This document shows positions 27,386 through 41,390 of a stretch of 64,000 nt of DNA, piece by piece; the stretch's first letter is position 1, and every line of letters starts with the position of its first letter. The stretch is from Octopus vulgaris (taxonomy: Eukaryota), in assembly GCA_951406725.2 (NCBI GenBank), contig OX597817.1:78182001-78246000 (forward strand), given 5' to 3'. The notes below the pieces were generated by a model. It worked only from the letters and a program-made list of their open reading frames with translations, had not been told where the DNA came from and ran no database searches. A program made the translations under genes and the position numbers.

Positions 27386-28004
27386 GTTCACTACGGTGGT
27401 GTACATTATATTTGACTGTACTCCACCACAAAAATAATAATAATAAACCTCAAAAGCAGAGTGCTTTTGTTAATAATTTAAACGATGAAATTGTGTTCAG
27501 AATTGAGGTGAATTCATGCTAAAGACTTAGAAAAAAAATCTTCGAAAAATATTTTTGTTGATTAGACAAAGTTGATATTCTTTTGAAGTATACTTCAAGC
27601 CATTAAAGTACTAACCACAGCAAGATCATATTCTTATTCAAAATTCTTATTTTCCAATCTTTATTTATCTTTCTCTTATTTTTCATTGCATCTATCTGTC
27701 TGTCTAACAATTCATGCATGTGTAATTATTTCTCTACTTAACTTTACATATCTAAAAACCTGCTTGCCTCTGACAAACTATCTTTCTCTCTGTCTATCTG
27801 GCAGTTTATCTGTCTGTCTGTCTGTCTGCCTGTCTGTCTCTCTCTCTCTCCTTCATTCTTCTCCTCTCTCTTTATGTTTATTCGTCTATGTATCAGTTGT
27901 ATTACAATTGAACAAATGAGCAGCCACAGAGCTCTGGAGAGGCCAGTTGTATATACTTAAAACTTAATATGCAGATAGTAAATTTTTTCATTGGCCACAC
28001 ACGT

Positions 28005-28057
<53 letters not shown>

Positions 28058-28206
28058 ATCTACATACATCTGTTTCGTCTCTCCCTATTTTAATTGTTGA
28101 GCTTCAATCAATTCAGATTTCTGTAGATGAACCAAGAAACTACAAATGACAATAAAAGAACCATATAGCCATTATACTTGAGCCACATAAACATACGCAC
28201 ACACAC

Positions 28207-28259
<53 letters not shown>

Positions 28260-28323
28260 ACATACATATATATGTATGCATGTGTTGTGTATATATATAT
28301 ATAAATATATCATATATATGTAT

Positions 28324-28354
<31 letters not shown>

Positions 28355-28867
28355 CATACATACACATATCTGTGTGTGTGTCAACATATATTATGTGGTT
28401 GCATTTATATACCATTTACATATATGTATGTGTATAAATTTCAAGATGAGAAATGCTATGCTATATACTTACTCTAAGTACTGAGTACGCAATATTGAAT
28501 TCAACATCTTGAAATATTGTTACATCTACTATCTTTGTGTTAAGTGTTCATGTCTCTTCTTTATCTGTACTTAACATTTACTTCAATTACTAATGTTACT
28601 ACTCCTATTAAATTCTTGTATATATGTGTGTGTGTGCATGTGAGTGTGTGTGTGTGTATTTATATATGTAAAGGTATGTATAGGTATCTGCATTCAACTC
28701 CATCTATTTACTTATACTACACAAATTACTGCACATTAACCCGGAGTGTCTACCTTTGAATAGGTCACTACATCCTTGTTACTTGCATGAATTTTGCTAC
28801 CCTGGTAACTGTTTATTGAATTTTCCATGTTAACGGTAAACAAAGGATAATTCATTCATCCATTTAC

Positions 28868-28899
<32 letters not shown>

Positions 28900-28924
28900 A
28901 TGTATGTGTGTGTGTGTATATGTG

Positions 28925-29130
28925 TGTTGCATTGGTATGGTCATGTACTGAGGATGGGCAAGGAGAGCTGTGTGAAGAAGTGTTACTCCCAAACAGTGGA
29001 AGGAATCCAGGGTAGAGGGGGGCCCAGGAAGACATAGGATGAGGTGGTGAAGCATGACCTTCGAATGTTGGGCCTCACAGAGATGACTATATTGGACTGT
29101 GTTAAATGGTGATTTGACTTGCAGGGAAGA
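28925..29130 (+). mobile_element. RTE-type LINE fragment
   Basis: tggtatggtcatgt...cccaggaagacataggatgaggtggtgaagcatgaccttcgaa matches about 46688-46880. Confidence 0.85.
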
Positions 29131-29757
29131 CCTGGCCACTCATTGAAAAATGAGGTCCTGAAAACATATAGTTTATGCCTATGACCCTCTACATCTAATC
29201 TATCCCTGTCTAGTCTTCTCCACAGCTCATCATTCTAACACCCAACACCGCCATTAATCTTCTAACTATGGTACTATTTATTCAACTACTGTGATAATAT
29301 GACAGAGTAACTGCGTATATTTCAAGGCCTCTTTTGTGCTACCAATTCTCTCTCTCCTTGGAACCATTTCCTATCATCATACAACCTGTATTTTCAATAT
29401 CCTCCCTTACTACTTTATTTTCCACCGAACACCTTCTCAAATCAGTTATAAATACCTCCCACCCTTAAGTACCTCTGACGTCCACCTCTGTCACTGAGTT
29501 ATTATGCTGTTAATTAGCTTTGCTTATATATGGAGGAACTATAAACAACATAAATATACAGGAATGAAAACGATAATCTTATATTATAAAAGAGATGGGG
29601 ATTCCCATCTGTCTGTCCATCACAACATCTATTAGAGGGAGGGAAAACAGGGAAGGAATCAAAATATACTCCCACAATGTATTTTTAGGAGAAGAGGAGG
29701 AGAAAAAGTTGTTGAGAGAATAACACAGTGAATATGTATGCATATATATATATATAT

Positions 29758-29990
29758 ATTTCTTTACTACCCACAAGGGGCTAAACATAGAGAGGATGAA
29801 CAAGGATAAACAAACGAATTAAGTCGATTACATCGACCCCAGTGCAAAACTGGTACTTTTATTTATCGACCCCGAAAGGATGAAAGGCAAAGTCGACCTT
29901 GGCGGAATTTGAACTCAGAACGTAACGACAGACGAAATACCGCTAAGCATTCGGCCCGGTGCGCTAACGTGTCTGCCAGCTCGCCGCCTT
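29758..29990 (-). mobile_element. SINE family A, young CpG-rich copy
   Basis: Reverse complement: ggcggcgagctggcagacacgttagcgcaccggg...gttctgagttcaaattccgccaaggtcgactttgcctttcatcctttcggggtcgataaa. Confidence 0.95.
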
Positions 29991-29991
29991 C

Positions 29992-30027
<36 letters not shown>

Positions 30028-30377
30028 CACATGCACGCAAAAGCATGCATACACACATATATTTATAGAGAGAAGGAGAGACATAGACAAATAGATAGAT
30101 AAGTAGTGTCATCACTGTTGTAACTAACAAGTTTTGTTTAGAAACATAGGAATTTTAAATGCAAGTCTGTCAACACAATGCAACACAGTTTCAAAACAAT
30201 TTTTCATTACGCAATATAGATAGTTATGTTTTTTGGTTGTTCATGCATCTGTATTTCTGTGTGTGTGTTTCCGTATGTCTTTCAACATAGAGAAAATGCA
30301 ACGGATACTTTAAAAAAAAGACTTTCACTACAATGACAAGTTGTTGTAGTTGTTGAGAGAGAAATTCTGTGCATGAA

Positions 30378-30428
<51 letters not shown>

Positions 30429-30958
30429 AAGTGTGTGTGTGTATTATAGATAGATAGGTAGACTGTTTTCCCCATAATAACTAACAAGACATTCACTACA
30501 TAACAGCCTACTATTAAAAGGAAGTACATGCATGGTTAACAAATATTTCTCCTGGCAGCACAGTGATGGGCAAAGACCTAGTATTAGCAATAATAATAAT
30601 AATAATGATAATAATGATTCTAACACATGGTACATGTCTAATAAAGTATCACGTTGGTATAATCAACCATGTGTAAATTTATATATGTATAGTGTATATA
30701 GTGTATATAGTGTAAATAGAATATTTTGTGACACATAATCATATATGTCATTTAAAATGGAATAGTACTCAAACAACTATAATTGAGTATTAAACTATTA
30801 AACATGTGCAACATTGTCCCTCCATTTTCTTCCTTGACTATGTATGTTTATACCTACCTACATACATATACATATGTGTACATATATATATATATGTAAC
30901 GTATGTGTACATGTACATATATATATATGCATACACATACACATATACATATGTATGT

Positions 30959-30997
<39 letters not shown>

Positions 30998-31217
30998 CAC
31001 ATATGTATATAAATATACATGTGTCTGTATGTATATATATATATGCATGTATGTAAGTATGTAGGTGTATGTGTGTGTTTGTAACCTCTTCACCTCACAC
31101 ATAATTCAAGAGGGCTTCTTAAACTCTATCACCTTCCTTTTATCTCTTCTACAGATGATGATGATCATCATCATTATTGTTAAGAAAACATTATTATTAT
31201 TATTATTATTATTATTA

Positions 31218-31287
<70 letters not shown>

Positions 31288-31575
31288 CATCATCACCATT
31301 TATCTTCTTATTGTGCTTGACCTCAGAATAAAGACTCAAAATTACACACACATACACACACACACACATATCTCAGCGATGGGGATGTTATCATTTTATT
31401 CTATAATGCATATGTATGTGTGAGATATGAAATATATCAATAAATAAACAAACAAACAAACAAAAAAAGAAAGAAAAATTATGTTATGTATCATTTTTGA
31501 TTTCTTATCAGGTTAGTGAGTACAGTAAAGAAATAAAACAAGAGAATTAAGATATTATTTGTGGGGTGAAAAACA

Positions 31576-31619
<44 letters not shown>

Positions 31620-31924
31620 TAACAACAATGATAATAATAATAATCACAATGATGATGATGATAATTTCAGGCAAAAGGGGTAAAAAAATGGAAAAATAGA
31701 ACCCAGAATTTCTGTTATTTCACTAGCTTCCTTTGAATAGAAATTATGAATACATGAAAAAAAAAAGGATGGGGTGGGGAATAAACATGTTGATAAAAAA
31801 CAAAGTAAAAAATAGTGCAACATATTTGGTAGAAGCCTTATCTTGGTTACGGAGAAATAAATTGAAGAAATACTGAAATATCAAACAAACAATTAGTAAC
31901 ATTATTCATTATATCGAACAATAA

Positions 31925-31965
31925 TTATGGTAGAAGCAACAACAATAACATCATCTACAACAGAA

Positions 31966-32009
<44 letters not shown>

Positions 32010-32035
32010 GGTTGTGGTGGTGGTGATGATGATGG

Positions 32036-32079
<44 letters not shown>

Positions 32080-32170
32080 GTGTTGGTGGTAATGATAATG
32101 ATGATGATTATGATGGTGATGATGGTGACGATGATGGTGGTGATGATGATAGTGGTGATGATGATGATAG

Positions 32171-32204
<34 letters not shown>

Positions 32205-32323
32205 GGTGATGATGATGATGATGATGATGATGATAGCAAGAAGAAGAGAATTGGTAATAAATATAACAGACTACTACAACTCTTATTGATAATAACGATG
32301 AAGATGATAATGATGAAGATGAA

Positions 32324-32374
<51 letters not shown>

Positions 32375-32375
32375 A
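31925..32375. repeat. (GAT)n/(GGT)n compound trinucleotide repeat
   Basis: Direct inspection; produces spurious poly-M/V/H/S ORFs. Confidence 0.97.
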
Positions 32376-32495
32376 AAGAACTAAATATATAATTAAAAAT
32401 AGGGGAAAAAATCATATTCAGGTTACACAGCGGCACACCAAGCATCATCGGTTATGGAGCAGTCTTAGAGTACTACACTGCAATTTTAGATAGTT

Positions 32496-32728
32496 CTAAC
32501 TCTTTTAGCATTTAAACAGGTGCCACACCCGGCCAAAATATTCTACCTGTTTTATGTTCAAATTGGCCAGATCTAGAGTCTCATATCTATTCTGCAATAT
32601 CATCCCAAAAAATAAAGAATCACATCTTTGAAATTTCAAAGTTACAAGATAAAACAGGATTAATTTTGAGAAAATATGAATAAATAAGCATTATGTTTGA
32701 CAAAGTAATCTGAATGCTAAAGGCTTAA
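32496..32728. mobile_element. piggyBac-type MITE (about 225 bp)
   Basis: Imperfect TIRs ctaa-ctcttttagcatt / aatgctaaaggc-ttaa with a TTAA-like target. Confidence 0.6.
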
Positions 32729-32884
32729 AGTTAATATTCATTTTTTTTTTTTTTTTTGTGAAAAACATTTAATTTTAACCTGGAGAACTTATAACAAGCT
32801 TCAATCATTTTTGGCAATCAAGTACTTCAAAGTAAACAAGACTGACCTTGTTCAGAGCATGTGTGAGAGTATTCTGTTCTATGG

Positions 32885-33440
32885 AGCCGAAATTTGGTGC
32901 TTATTTTATCAATCTCGAAAGGATGGAAAGCAAAGTTAAGCTTGGTGGAATTTGAACTCAGAACGTGAAAACAGACAAAATGCCACCGAGCATGTTGCCT
33001 GGTGTTCTTTTATTCTTTTATTCTTTTATTTGTTTCAGTCATTTGACTGTGGCCATGCAGGGGCACCACATTTAGTCAAGCAAATCGACCCCAGGACTTA
33101 TTCTTTGTAAGCCTAGTACCTATTCTATCAGTCTCTCTTGCCAAACCGCTAAGTGACGGGGAGGTAAACACACCAGCATCAGTTGTCAAGCAATGTTGGG
33201 GGGTGGGCGACAAATACAGACACACAAACATATATATATATATACGATGGGCTTCTTTCAGTTTCTGTCTACCAAATCCACTCACAAGGCTTTGGTTGGC
33301 CCGAGGCTATAGTAGAAGATACTTGCTCAAGGTTCTATGCAGGGGGACTGAACCCGGAACCATGTGGTTGGTAAGCAAGCTATTTGCCACACGACAACTC
33401 CTGCACCTGGAGTGTACTAACAATTCTGCTAGCTCACTGC
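32885..33440 (-). mobile_element. SINE family A interrupted by a family B SINE
   Basis: Family A body at 32885-33004 resumes at about 33408-33440 (gtgtactaacaattctgctagctcactgc). Confidence 0.8.
33006..33409 (-). mobile_element. SINE family B, full length
   Basis: Reverse complement of the copy at 23938-24375. Confidence 0.95.
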
Positions 33441-33466
33441 TTTTTATAATCAAACATTATTAAGAA

Positions 33467-33772
33467 CTAACAGTATCGCCCGGCGTTGCTCGGTTTTGTA
33501 AGGGAAATAACTATATAAGTATTTTTAGAGAGTTACTTCCCGTATATAACCCGAGCAAAAATCATAAAAAATGCGGAAAAATGATGGTAAATTTTTTTTA
33601 AATCGTAGACTCATCTTAGACACACGCTAATACCCAGAAGGGCTCGATATGAATGACGACTATAAGATACACGCTTTTGGTTCAACTGCACCGCAAAATG
33701 TGGGAGTAGTTAGGAATCTAAATCGGAGGAGACAGAGTCTCACACACACAACTTCAATTTTATATATAAAGA
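33467..33772 (-). mobile_element. Non-autonomous Helitron (306 bp)
   Basis: Minus strand starts A|TCTTTATATATAAAA and ends ccgagcaacgccggg (GC hairpin) cgatactgTTAG|T. It sits between A and T with no target-site duplication. Confidence 0.85.
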
Positions 33773-33781
33773 TTATACTGA

Positions 33782-34000
33782 AGGTAGCCAGCTGGCCATT
33801 TCGTTAGCACGCTGGTCGAAATGCTTAGTGGTATTTCACCTGTTACTCCATTCTGAGTTCAACTTCCACTGAGGTCGACTTTACCTTTCATCGTTTCAAG
33901 ATCGATAAATTAAGTACCAGTGAAGCACTGGGGGTCAATGTAATCGACTAGTTTTCTCCCCACAAATTCGATGCCTTGTGCCTCCAGTAGAAAGGATTAT
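33782..34000 (+). mobile_element. SINE family A
   Basis: gctggcc...cgttagcacgc...ttctgagttcaac...gaggtcgactttacctttcatc...gataaattaagtaccag. Confidence 0.9.
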
Positions 34001-34131
34001 TGGGAATTATGCAAGAAATTGTTTTGATATTTTGTGTATTTTAGAAGTATAACTAATTTATTGGAGATAGATTTTAACAACAAAATCTCATATGGAGACT
34101 CAAGGGTCATTTGGACTCTGGTTGTGAACCA

Positions 34132-34537
34132 CTCTTTTAACTCTTTTACTTGTTTGAGTCATTTGACTGCGGCCATGCTAGAGCACCACCTTTAGTCGAG
34201 CAAATCGACCCCAGGACTTATTCTTTGGTAAGCCTAGTACTTATTCTATCCATCTCTTTTGCTGAACTGCTATGTTACAGGGATGTAAACACACCAGCAT
34301 TGGTTGTCAAGCGATGCTGGGAGGACAAACACAGACACTCAAACATACACACATATACACACACACACACACATATATACGACAGGCTTCTTTCAGTTTC
34401 TGTTTACCAAATACACTCACAAGGTTTTGGTCAGTCCGAAGCTATAGTAGAAGACACTTGCCCAAGGTGCCACGCAGTGGGACTGAACCCAGAACCATGT
34501 GGTTGGTAAGCAAGCTACTTACCACACATCCGCACCT
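34132..34537 (-). mobile_element. SINE family B, full length
   Basis: Reverse complement of the copy at 23938-24375. Confidence 0.95.
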
Positions 34538-35502
34538 GTGCCACTGTTCAAAAAAGAACAAAAATAACTCAGTTACAGCGATGTCATTGGTAGAGAGAGA
34601 CTCAACGTGAAATTTAGAATCTACCAAACATCAAGGAGTTGGTGGGTGCAGAGATTCTTGGTATGAGGTGGTTAACCATATCTCAGTAGAATAAAAAAAA
34701 TAAACAAAGCACACTGGTCAAAGAAAACAAGGAACTTCTCAGACAATTTCCAAATTTTTCTACTCATGGAAAATGAAAAAACCATAGAATAGCCATGTTA
34801 TTTACTTTACACAGTGAGGCTATGAGGCTAAATCTGTTAGCTTATTAAAACAAGTGTACCTTCCTTTACAAATATATTTTTGCGCATGGATGTGTGTATG
34901 TGTGTAAGTCTGTTAGTGTGTGTGTGTTACTAAGGCTTCAAATATCACAGTTATTTCAGTCTTAATTAGATTAGACAGTAATCTTGATATATTCTACTGT
35001 TTTATCTCTGATTATTTTATCGCTTTCTTATATCATTCTCTTCTCTTACCATCTCTCCCTCTCTCTCTCTTCCTCTTCACTTACTCTCGACTTTCTCTCT
35101 CTCTCCCTCTCTCCCTCTTTACTTATTCTCTACTTTCTCTTTCTCTTTACTAGATCTCTATTCATTCACTTACTCTCTCCTCTTTTACAAGTATATTCTC
35201 AGTCTTTCTCCCAGCTGCTCTCTCTTTATCTTTATTATCTCAATCAATTCATCTTCTTTTTGCTCTCATCTCCTTCCTCTCTCTCTTTCTCTCTTTCTCC
35301 ATTTCCTTCTCTGTCTGTTTCTCTATCTGTGTATCTGTCTATCTGTCTCTCTCTCTCTCCTCCTTCCATACATTCTACATTTTTCAACACCAATCTTTTT
35401 GTAACTCATGCACACACACACACATCTCAACATGAAAACATGGACTCAAATACACCCATTTGCAACCTTATTCTATTTCTTATATCCTTGTTCTCCGAGG
35501 TG

Positions 35503-35825
35503 AAGTTGCATGGCTTAGTGGTTAGGGTACTCATCTCACAATCATAAGGTCATGAGTTCAATTCCTGGCAACGTGTTGTGTCCTTGAACAAAGCACTTTA
35601 TTTGACATTGCATCTGTCCATTCAGCTGACAAAAATAAGTACCTGTATTTCAAAGGGCCAGCCTTGTCACATTCTGTATCACACTGAATCTCCCTGAGAA
35701 CTACAGTAAGGGTAAGCATGTCTATGGAATACTCAACCACTTGCATGTTAATTTCATGAGCAAGATGTTCTCTTGATCAGATCAATTAAAATCTCATCAT
35801 TGTAACCAACGGAGGCCAGTTTTTT
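35503..35825 (+). mobile_element. SINE family C (tRNA-like head)
   Basis: A box tggcttagtggttaggg and B box gagttcaattcc; body shared with 41088-41390. Confidence 0.9.
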
Positions 35826-35834
35826 ATTCTCCAC

Positions 35835-35880
<46 letters not shown>

Positions 35881-36289
35881 CATTTATATAAGCAAAGAGA
35901 GAAAGAGAGGGAAACACAAATGCACATGTGTATACAAAACACATACACACATAAACATATATAGAGTTCCACATACATGCATCTACATGTATATGCATAC
36001 ACACACACATACTCATATACAATGACAAACACACAGTCACATTTGCACATAAAACATGCACACATACAAATACATGTATATACACACACATACACACATG
36101 CACATGCTCGTAGTGTATACTCAAAGACATAAATACACACATACAGATATAATCACAAGTCTGTTACATATACACACATAGGTGCATGCATACACTCATG
36201 CACACACACACATACATACACATATACACTCACACATACACGTACATACATTTACATTATATCAACATATTGAGTGTATTTACCATATT

Positions 36290-36675
36290 TTAACATTTAT
36301 AAAGAACCTTCGTGTATAAAGAACCTCTTAACTTTTTGGACTTAAAATTTGGAAAAGGTTTTGTAAGGGTTTATGATACTAGCCATGTATAAGAAACTCC
36401 CATATTTTTTAAAACTAATTTTTGACAAAAAAGGGTTCCTTATACATATTATAATATGGTATATCTTTGAGCATATACTTTGTCTGGAAATTTCATAGTT
36501 ATGTTGTAATGGAGAGACCGTGTGGTAAGTAGCTTGCTTACCAACCACATGGTTCCAGGTTCATTCCCACTGCATGTCACCTTGGGCAAGTGTCTTCTAC
36601 TACAATACTACAACCTCGAGCCAACCAAAGACTTGTGAGTGGATTTGTTAGACGGAAACTGGAAGAAGCCCATCG

Positions 36676-36708
<33 letters not shown>

Positions 36709-38215
36709 CTACATATATGGATATATGTGTTTATGTGTGTGTTTGTGTTTGTCCCCCACAACATTGCTTGAGAACTGATGGTGGTGTGTTTATGTCCCAA
36801 AACGTGACTGATAGTACTAGGCTTACAAAGAATAAGGGGTTGATTTGCTCGACTATAAAGGCAGCGCTCCAGCATGGCTGCAGTCAAATGACTGAAACAA
36901 GTAAAAGAGTAAAAGAGAAATAGTAGTTGCTAGTTCTCATATATTTTCTTTTACATCTAAAGGCTATAATAAATGGATGGAGGAATGTTCTTCGGAAATG
37001 AAAATATGTTTTTGAAATATGCTGGTAAGTTACATGCAACACTTTTGAAATGTCCATAAAGGTTTAGTGCCAATTAATCACTAAAAGATACTTGGTCACA
37101 AATTTTACTTTGGCTGCTAAAATTATGCATGAAAGCTTGACTTCCATTGCTAATCTTAGCGATGTCATTTTCAATTTCTTTACATTGCGATTCACTGTAA
37201 ACACATTTGACATAATGGCACACAAAAGTGTTAGCATGTTTTCAGTAATCCCCTGTTTCAGAAGAAATCCATTTTAATCTTAAAAACTTGGATCTTGGGT
37301 TTGACTTAATTGTATGATATGGATGACTGGAGTGGCAGTGAAGGTGGATGCGGAATGACATGAGTTTGCAAAATAGCTGTCATTCTTCAACCTTCTGAAA
37401 ACTTAACTCTTATATCCCAAAATTCGACAATGCTACTTTTGAAAAACTTGACGAGAATTTTATACTGGACCTAAAGCCATAATTTTTTTCTTTTTGTGAA
37501 ACAGTCACAGAAATGCAAAAACGGTAACTAAACAATCTTGTGATCTTTCCCAGACAAGAAAGAAATCATCAATGAACTGTAACCAGACTATTGGTTCCTG
37601 ACTATGCAAGGATTTGAATGTCCATTAACTTGTCTCAAATTTTGTCATGAAGATGTTGATGAATGAAATTAACTGCCATGGAGGCACCTATGGGACATCT
37701 CATTTAGTGGTGAAATTATTAAATTATTGTCTAGACTTTGTTCTGTTACTTTGTAACACAAACTTCGATAATCTACAGAGAAAATTAGTTGCAATACTTT
37801 TGTTTGACCATTTTTCAAAAGCAATCATGCATGCTTCCACCACTCATTGTAGTCAATGCTGGAGTACAGTGAGGAAACATCCATGGTTACTGAAAAACAG
37901 TTTTTGATACTGCTTCGGTGCTTAGAAATATTCCTAATTTTGTATAAAGAATCAAGAGTATCCTGTATATAGGTTGATTTGTTTACTACAAGGAGTAGAA
38001 AACCATCTAGTCACTACAAAAATTTTGGTTGTGTTACATTTATGCCTGCTGCAAATTGGGTGCAATGGAGGAAAATTTTCAAAACTTTTGTGTATTTTTC
38101 AAAGGCTATGAAATACGAATATAATTTTTGTTCTGACAAAAAAATCCTAGATTTAGTGTCATTTGTAGAATTGTTTTCCTCCATTTCCAAAATTATTTTG
38201 TTGAGTTCCTCTGTG
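36290..38215 (-). pseudogene. Penelope-like retroelement reverse-transcriptase relic, interrupted by a SINE at 36510-36920
   Basis: Ordered minus-strand motifs: PPLHPICS (about 38050), VTMDVSSLYSSI (37855-37890), CPIGASMAVNF..NIFMTKFE (37635-37698), QEPIVWLQFIDDFFLVWE (37547-37600), then a weak KP-D thumb motif (about 37055). Many stops and frameshifts. Confidence 0.85.
36510..36920 (+). mobile_element. SINE family B
   Basis: gtgtggtaagtagcttgcttaccaaccacatgg...gactgaaacaagtaaaagagtaaaagag. Confidence 0.95.
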
Positions 38216-38221
38216 TCTGTG

Positions 38222-38425
38222 GGGTTTGGATTGACAGGTAATTATAGTGGAGGGGTAAGCTAATTACATCGACCCCAGGGCTCAAATGATACTTAACTTA
38301 TCGACCCTTGAAAGAAAGAATAGCGGAGTTAGCTTCAACAGAATTTGAAGTCAAAATGAAAAAACTGACCAAATGCGCTTAAGCATTTTGCATAGTGCAG
38401 TAATGATTCTACCAGCTCATCACTT
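38222..38425 (-). mobile_element. SINE family A, diverged
   Basis: attacatcgaccccag...ttatcgaccc...aagcatttt...gattctaccagctca. Confidence 0.8.
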
Positions 38426-38760
38426 TCAGTAATAACAACAACAACAATAATAATAATGATGATGATGATGATGATGAAGATGATGATTATGATGATGATG
38501 ATGATGATGATGATGAGGAGGAGGAGGAGGAGGAGGAGGAGGAGGAGGAGAAGGAGGATACAAAAGTTTTGCCTCCTTGGCACGGCCAGAATAATCAGGT
38601 TTTAGATAGCTGAAAAAAATGAAAAGCATGGTACTGTAGGCTGCAGGGAGTAAGCCCCCTATGCATGTAAAACTCCAGGAGCTCCAACAAAATAACAATA
38701 ATAATAATATTAATAATAATATTAATAATAACGATAATAATAATAATAATAATAATAATA

Positions 38761-38810
<50 letters not shown>

Positions 38811-39057
38811 GACCAAAATATAGTCTAAAAAGAGGTGGAGAAATTGTCAAAGTACAAAGACCTTAAAATTGAAATATTGAAGATGTGGGGCCTGAAGGTG
38901 AAAACAGTACAAGTAATAATTGGAGCATTGGGTATGATAAAAAACATATGAACAAAACATAGAGAATATACCTGGATTCTTGACACTACACAATATCCAA
39001 AAAATAGCCTTGCTTGGAACAGCCCACATCCTATGCAAGACACTATCAATTCAATAA
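38811..39057 (+). pseudogene. R4/Dong-like LINE C-terminal restriction-like endonuclease region
   Basis: DQNIV*KEVEKLSKYKDLKIEILKMWGLKVKTVQVIIGALGMI...IQKIALLGTAHILCKTLSIQ*; begins directly after a (TTA)n tract. Confidence 0.85.
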
Positions 39058-40762
39058 TACAACCCAAACAAAACAATCCACAAACACAAGACACTCTATA
39101 TAACAGAAATCCAATAAAATAAACTACCACCAGCAGGCCTTTTATCCAATGCATTACACACACAGGACACAATATAAACACTAATATAACAAAAGACTGC
39201 ATCACACCTCATAAATAAAAGAGTGCACACTCCCAACAACACAAAGAGAACACAAAAATCTGCTCACACCTCAGCAACACAAAGGTGTAGCAGGCAATGT
39301 AGTAGAAATTTGCCTGAAACTACCAAATTTTGAACAACTGTATAATAATGATGATGTTGATGATGATGATGATAATAATAATAATAATAATGATGATGAT
39401 GATGATGATGATGTTGATGATGATGATGATGATGATGATGATAATAATAATGATAAAAATTTGTCTCATATATAGGTGTAAAGCCAGAAATTTTGGAACA
39501 AAGAATAGCTGAATTCTGTAATACTTGATGTTTACTTTGTTTTATCAAACTTGGAATGATAAGAGGCAAAAACTAGCCTCAAAAGGATTTGAACTTAGAA
39601 CATAGAAGGCTATTACTAAATACCACAAGATATTTATCTGATGTTCTAAGAATTTTATGATAGTAACAAGGAGCTGCAGAAAACTGGTGGGTGGGGAAAG
39701 AATTGGTGTTAAGCAGCAATGATTCTTTTACTAATGTTGACTGGAATTTTTGACTTGTTACTTTCCGACACTCCAAGCAAGCTGAAAAAATATGTCGCAA
39801 GAGAGAAGACCAGATAATGAAATTGTAAATTACCTTATGAACTTGCCTTATGTTTTATAGTCTTGTCTCCACATCTTAACTAGTTATTTTCTGTTCTCTG
39901 TGGGTTATTCAACACAAGTGTGTTATTTTGTTTTTTCTCTCTGTGTGAATGCATGTGCACACAACTCTTTATATGTATATTCATTTGTTTATGTAAGCAC
40001 TCGCACACGCCAATGTAATTTTAGAGGTTTGCATTGACATTCATTTCCTTTCATTTCTGTACTCGCAAAAAAAGAAAGTAAAAAGAAAAATTACTCACAT
40101 TCAGAGTTCTAGTTATTAAACCTGCACTCTCAGACAGTTCAAAGCTGTACATTAGACAATATAGAATCATTGTAAAAAGAGCTGATTTGTTTCTTCTCAT
40201 CTCCGTGTTTTTTAAAGGATAGTTGAAAATGCAAATTACAGGTTTTTCTTATTTGTTCTGCAAGTAATTCGTTTCTGTCTTGTTCCCCTGTTTGCTGGCA
40301 AATAATTAATATAATTTTTGCAGATTTCGATAACTGTCTGGATTGATCAATGAATTGTGATTTTCTGTGTATGCAAGTGTGTATATGTATGTATGTATGT
40401 ATGTATGTATTATGTATGTATGTATGTATGTGAGTATTTGTGTGTACATATGTATCTGTTATTATGAGTGTGTATCCATGTGTATATGTTCATAGGGGAA
40501 TATATGAATTTGTGAATGTATGTATAGATGTATGTATGTGTGTGTATGTGTGTGTGTATATATATATATATATATACATATATACACACACACACACACA
40601 TACACATACACACATATATATAGGATGGAGAAAGTTTAGAGAAATTTTGCTTCTACTGGCAGCCAAATGTTTCTCTCTTTACTACATTCACCCATCTTTT
40701 GTTGAAGCATTCGCTAGGCAAAACTTGCCTTTCTACTCTCACTTTCCTTTTCACACAATACT

Positions 40763-40975
40763 TGTATGATGAATGTGTACAAACTACGATGTTGCATGAT
40801 GGTGGGATGAGGGCCCTGAATGTGAAGGATGCTACGGTCCACTAGAGGTGGACGTGCAACAGCATGCATGTGCAACAGAGCATTGGTGTATTTAGAGAGA
40901 ATTAGGGTATAAGAGAAATTAGATGCAGTGTGCAAGAGGGGAGACTGCACTAGTTTAGTCGTGTGATGTGGAATA
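40763..40975 (+). mobile_element. RTE-type LINE fragment
   Basis: DECVQTTMLHD...GIREIRCSVQEGRLH, paralogous to about 46480-46710. Confidence 0.75.
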
Positions 40976-41054
40976 TATACATATATATTTATATGTATAT
41001 ATATTTATATATATATATATGTGTGTGTGTAAAAAGGGTAAAGGCTATACATGT

Positions 41055-41085
<31 letters not shown>

Positions 41086-41087
41086 GT

Positions 41088-41390
41088 GAAGGTACATGAT
41101 TTAGTGGTTAAGGTATTCAGTTCATGATAATAAGGTGATGAGTTCAATTCCCAGTAACACATTGTATCCTTGAGCAAGACACTTTATTTCCCATTGCTCC
41201 AGTCCACTCAGCTGGCAAAAATGAGTAGTACCTGTATTTCAAAGAGCCAGTTTTATCACATTCTGTTTCACGCTGAATCTCCCTAAGAACTACATTAAGG
41301 GCGCACATGTCTGTGGAGAGCTGAGCTACTTGCATGTTAATTTCACAAGCCGGCTGGAACCCTCATCATAACTGATGCAGTGCCAGTGTT
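41088..41390 (+). mobile_element. SINE family C
   Basis: ttagtggttaagg...gagttcaattccc...ccagtccactcagctggcaaaaatgagtagtacctgtatttcaaag. Confidence 0.9.
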
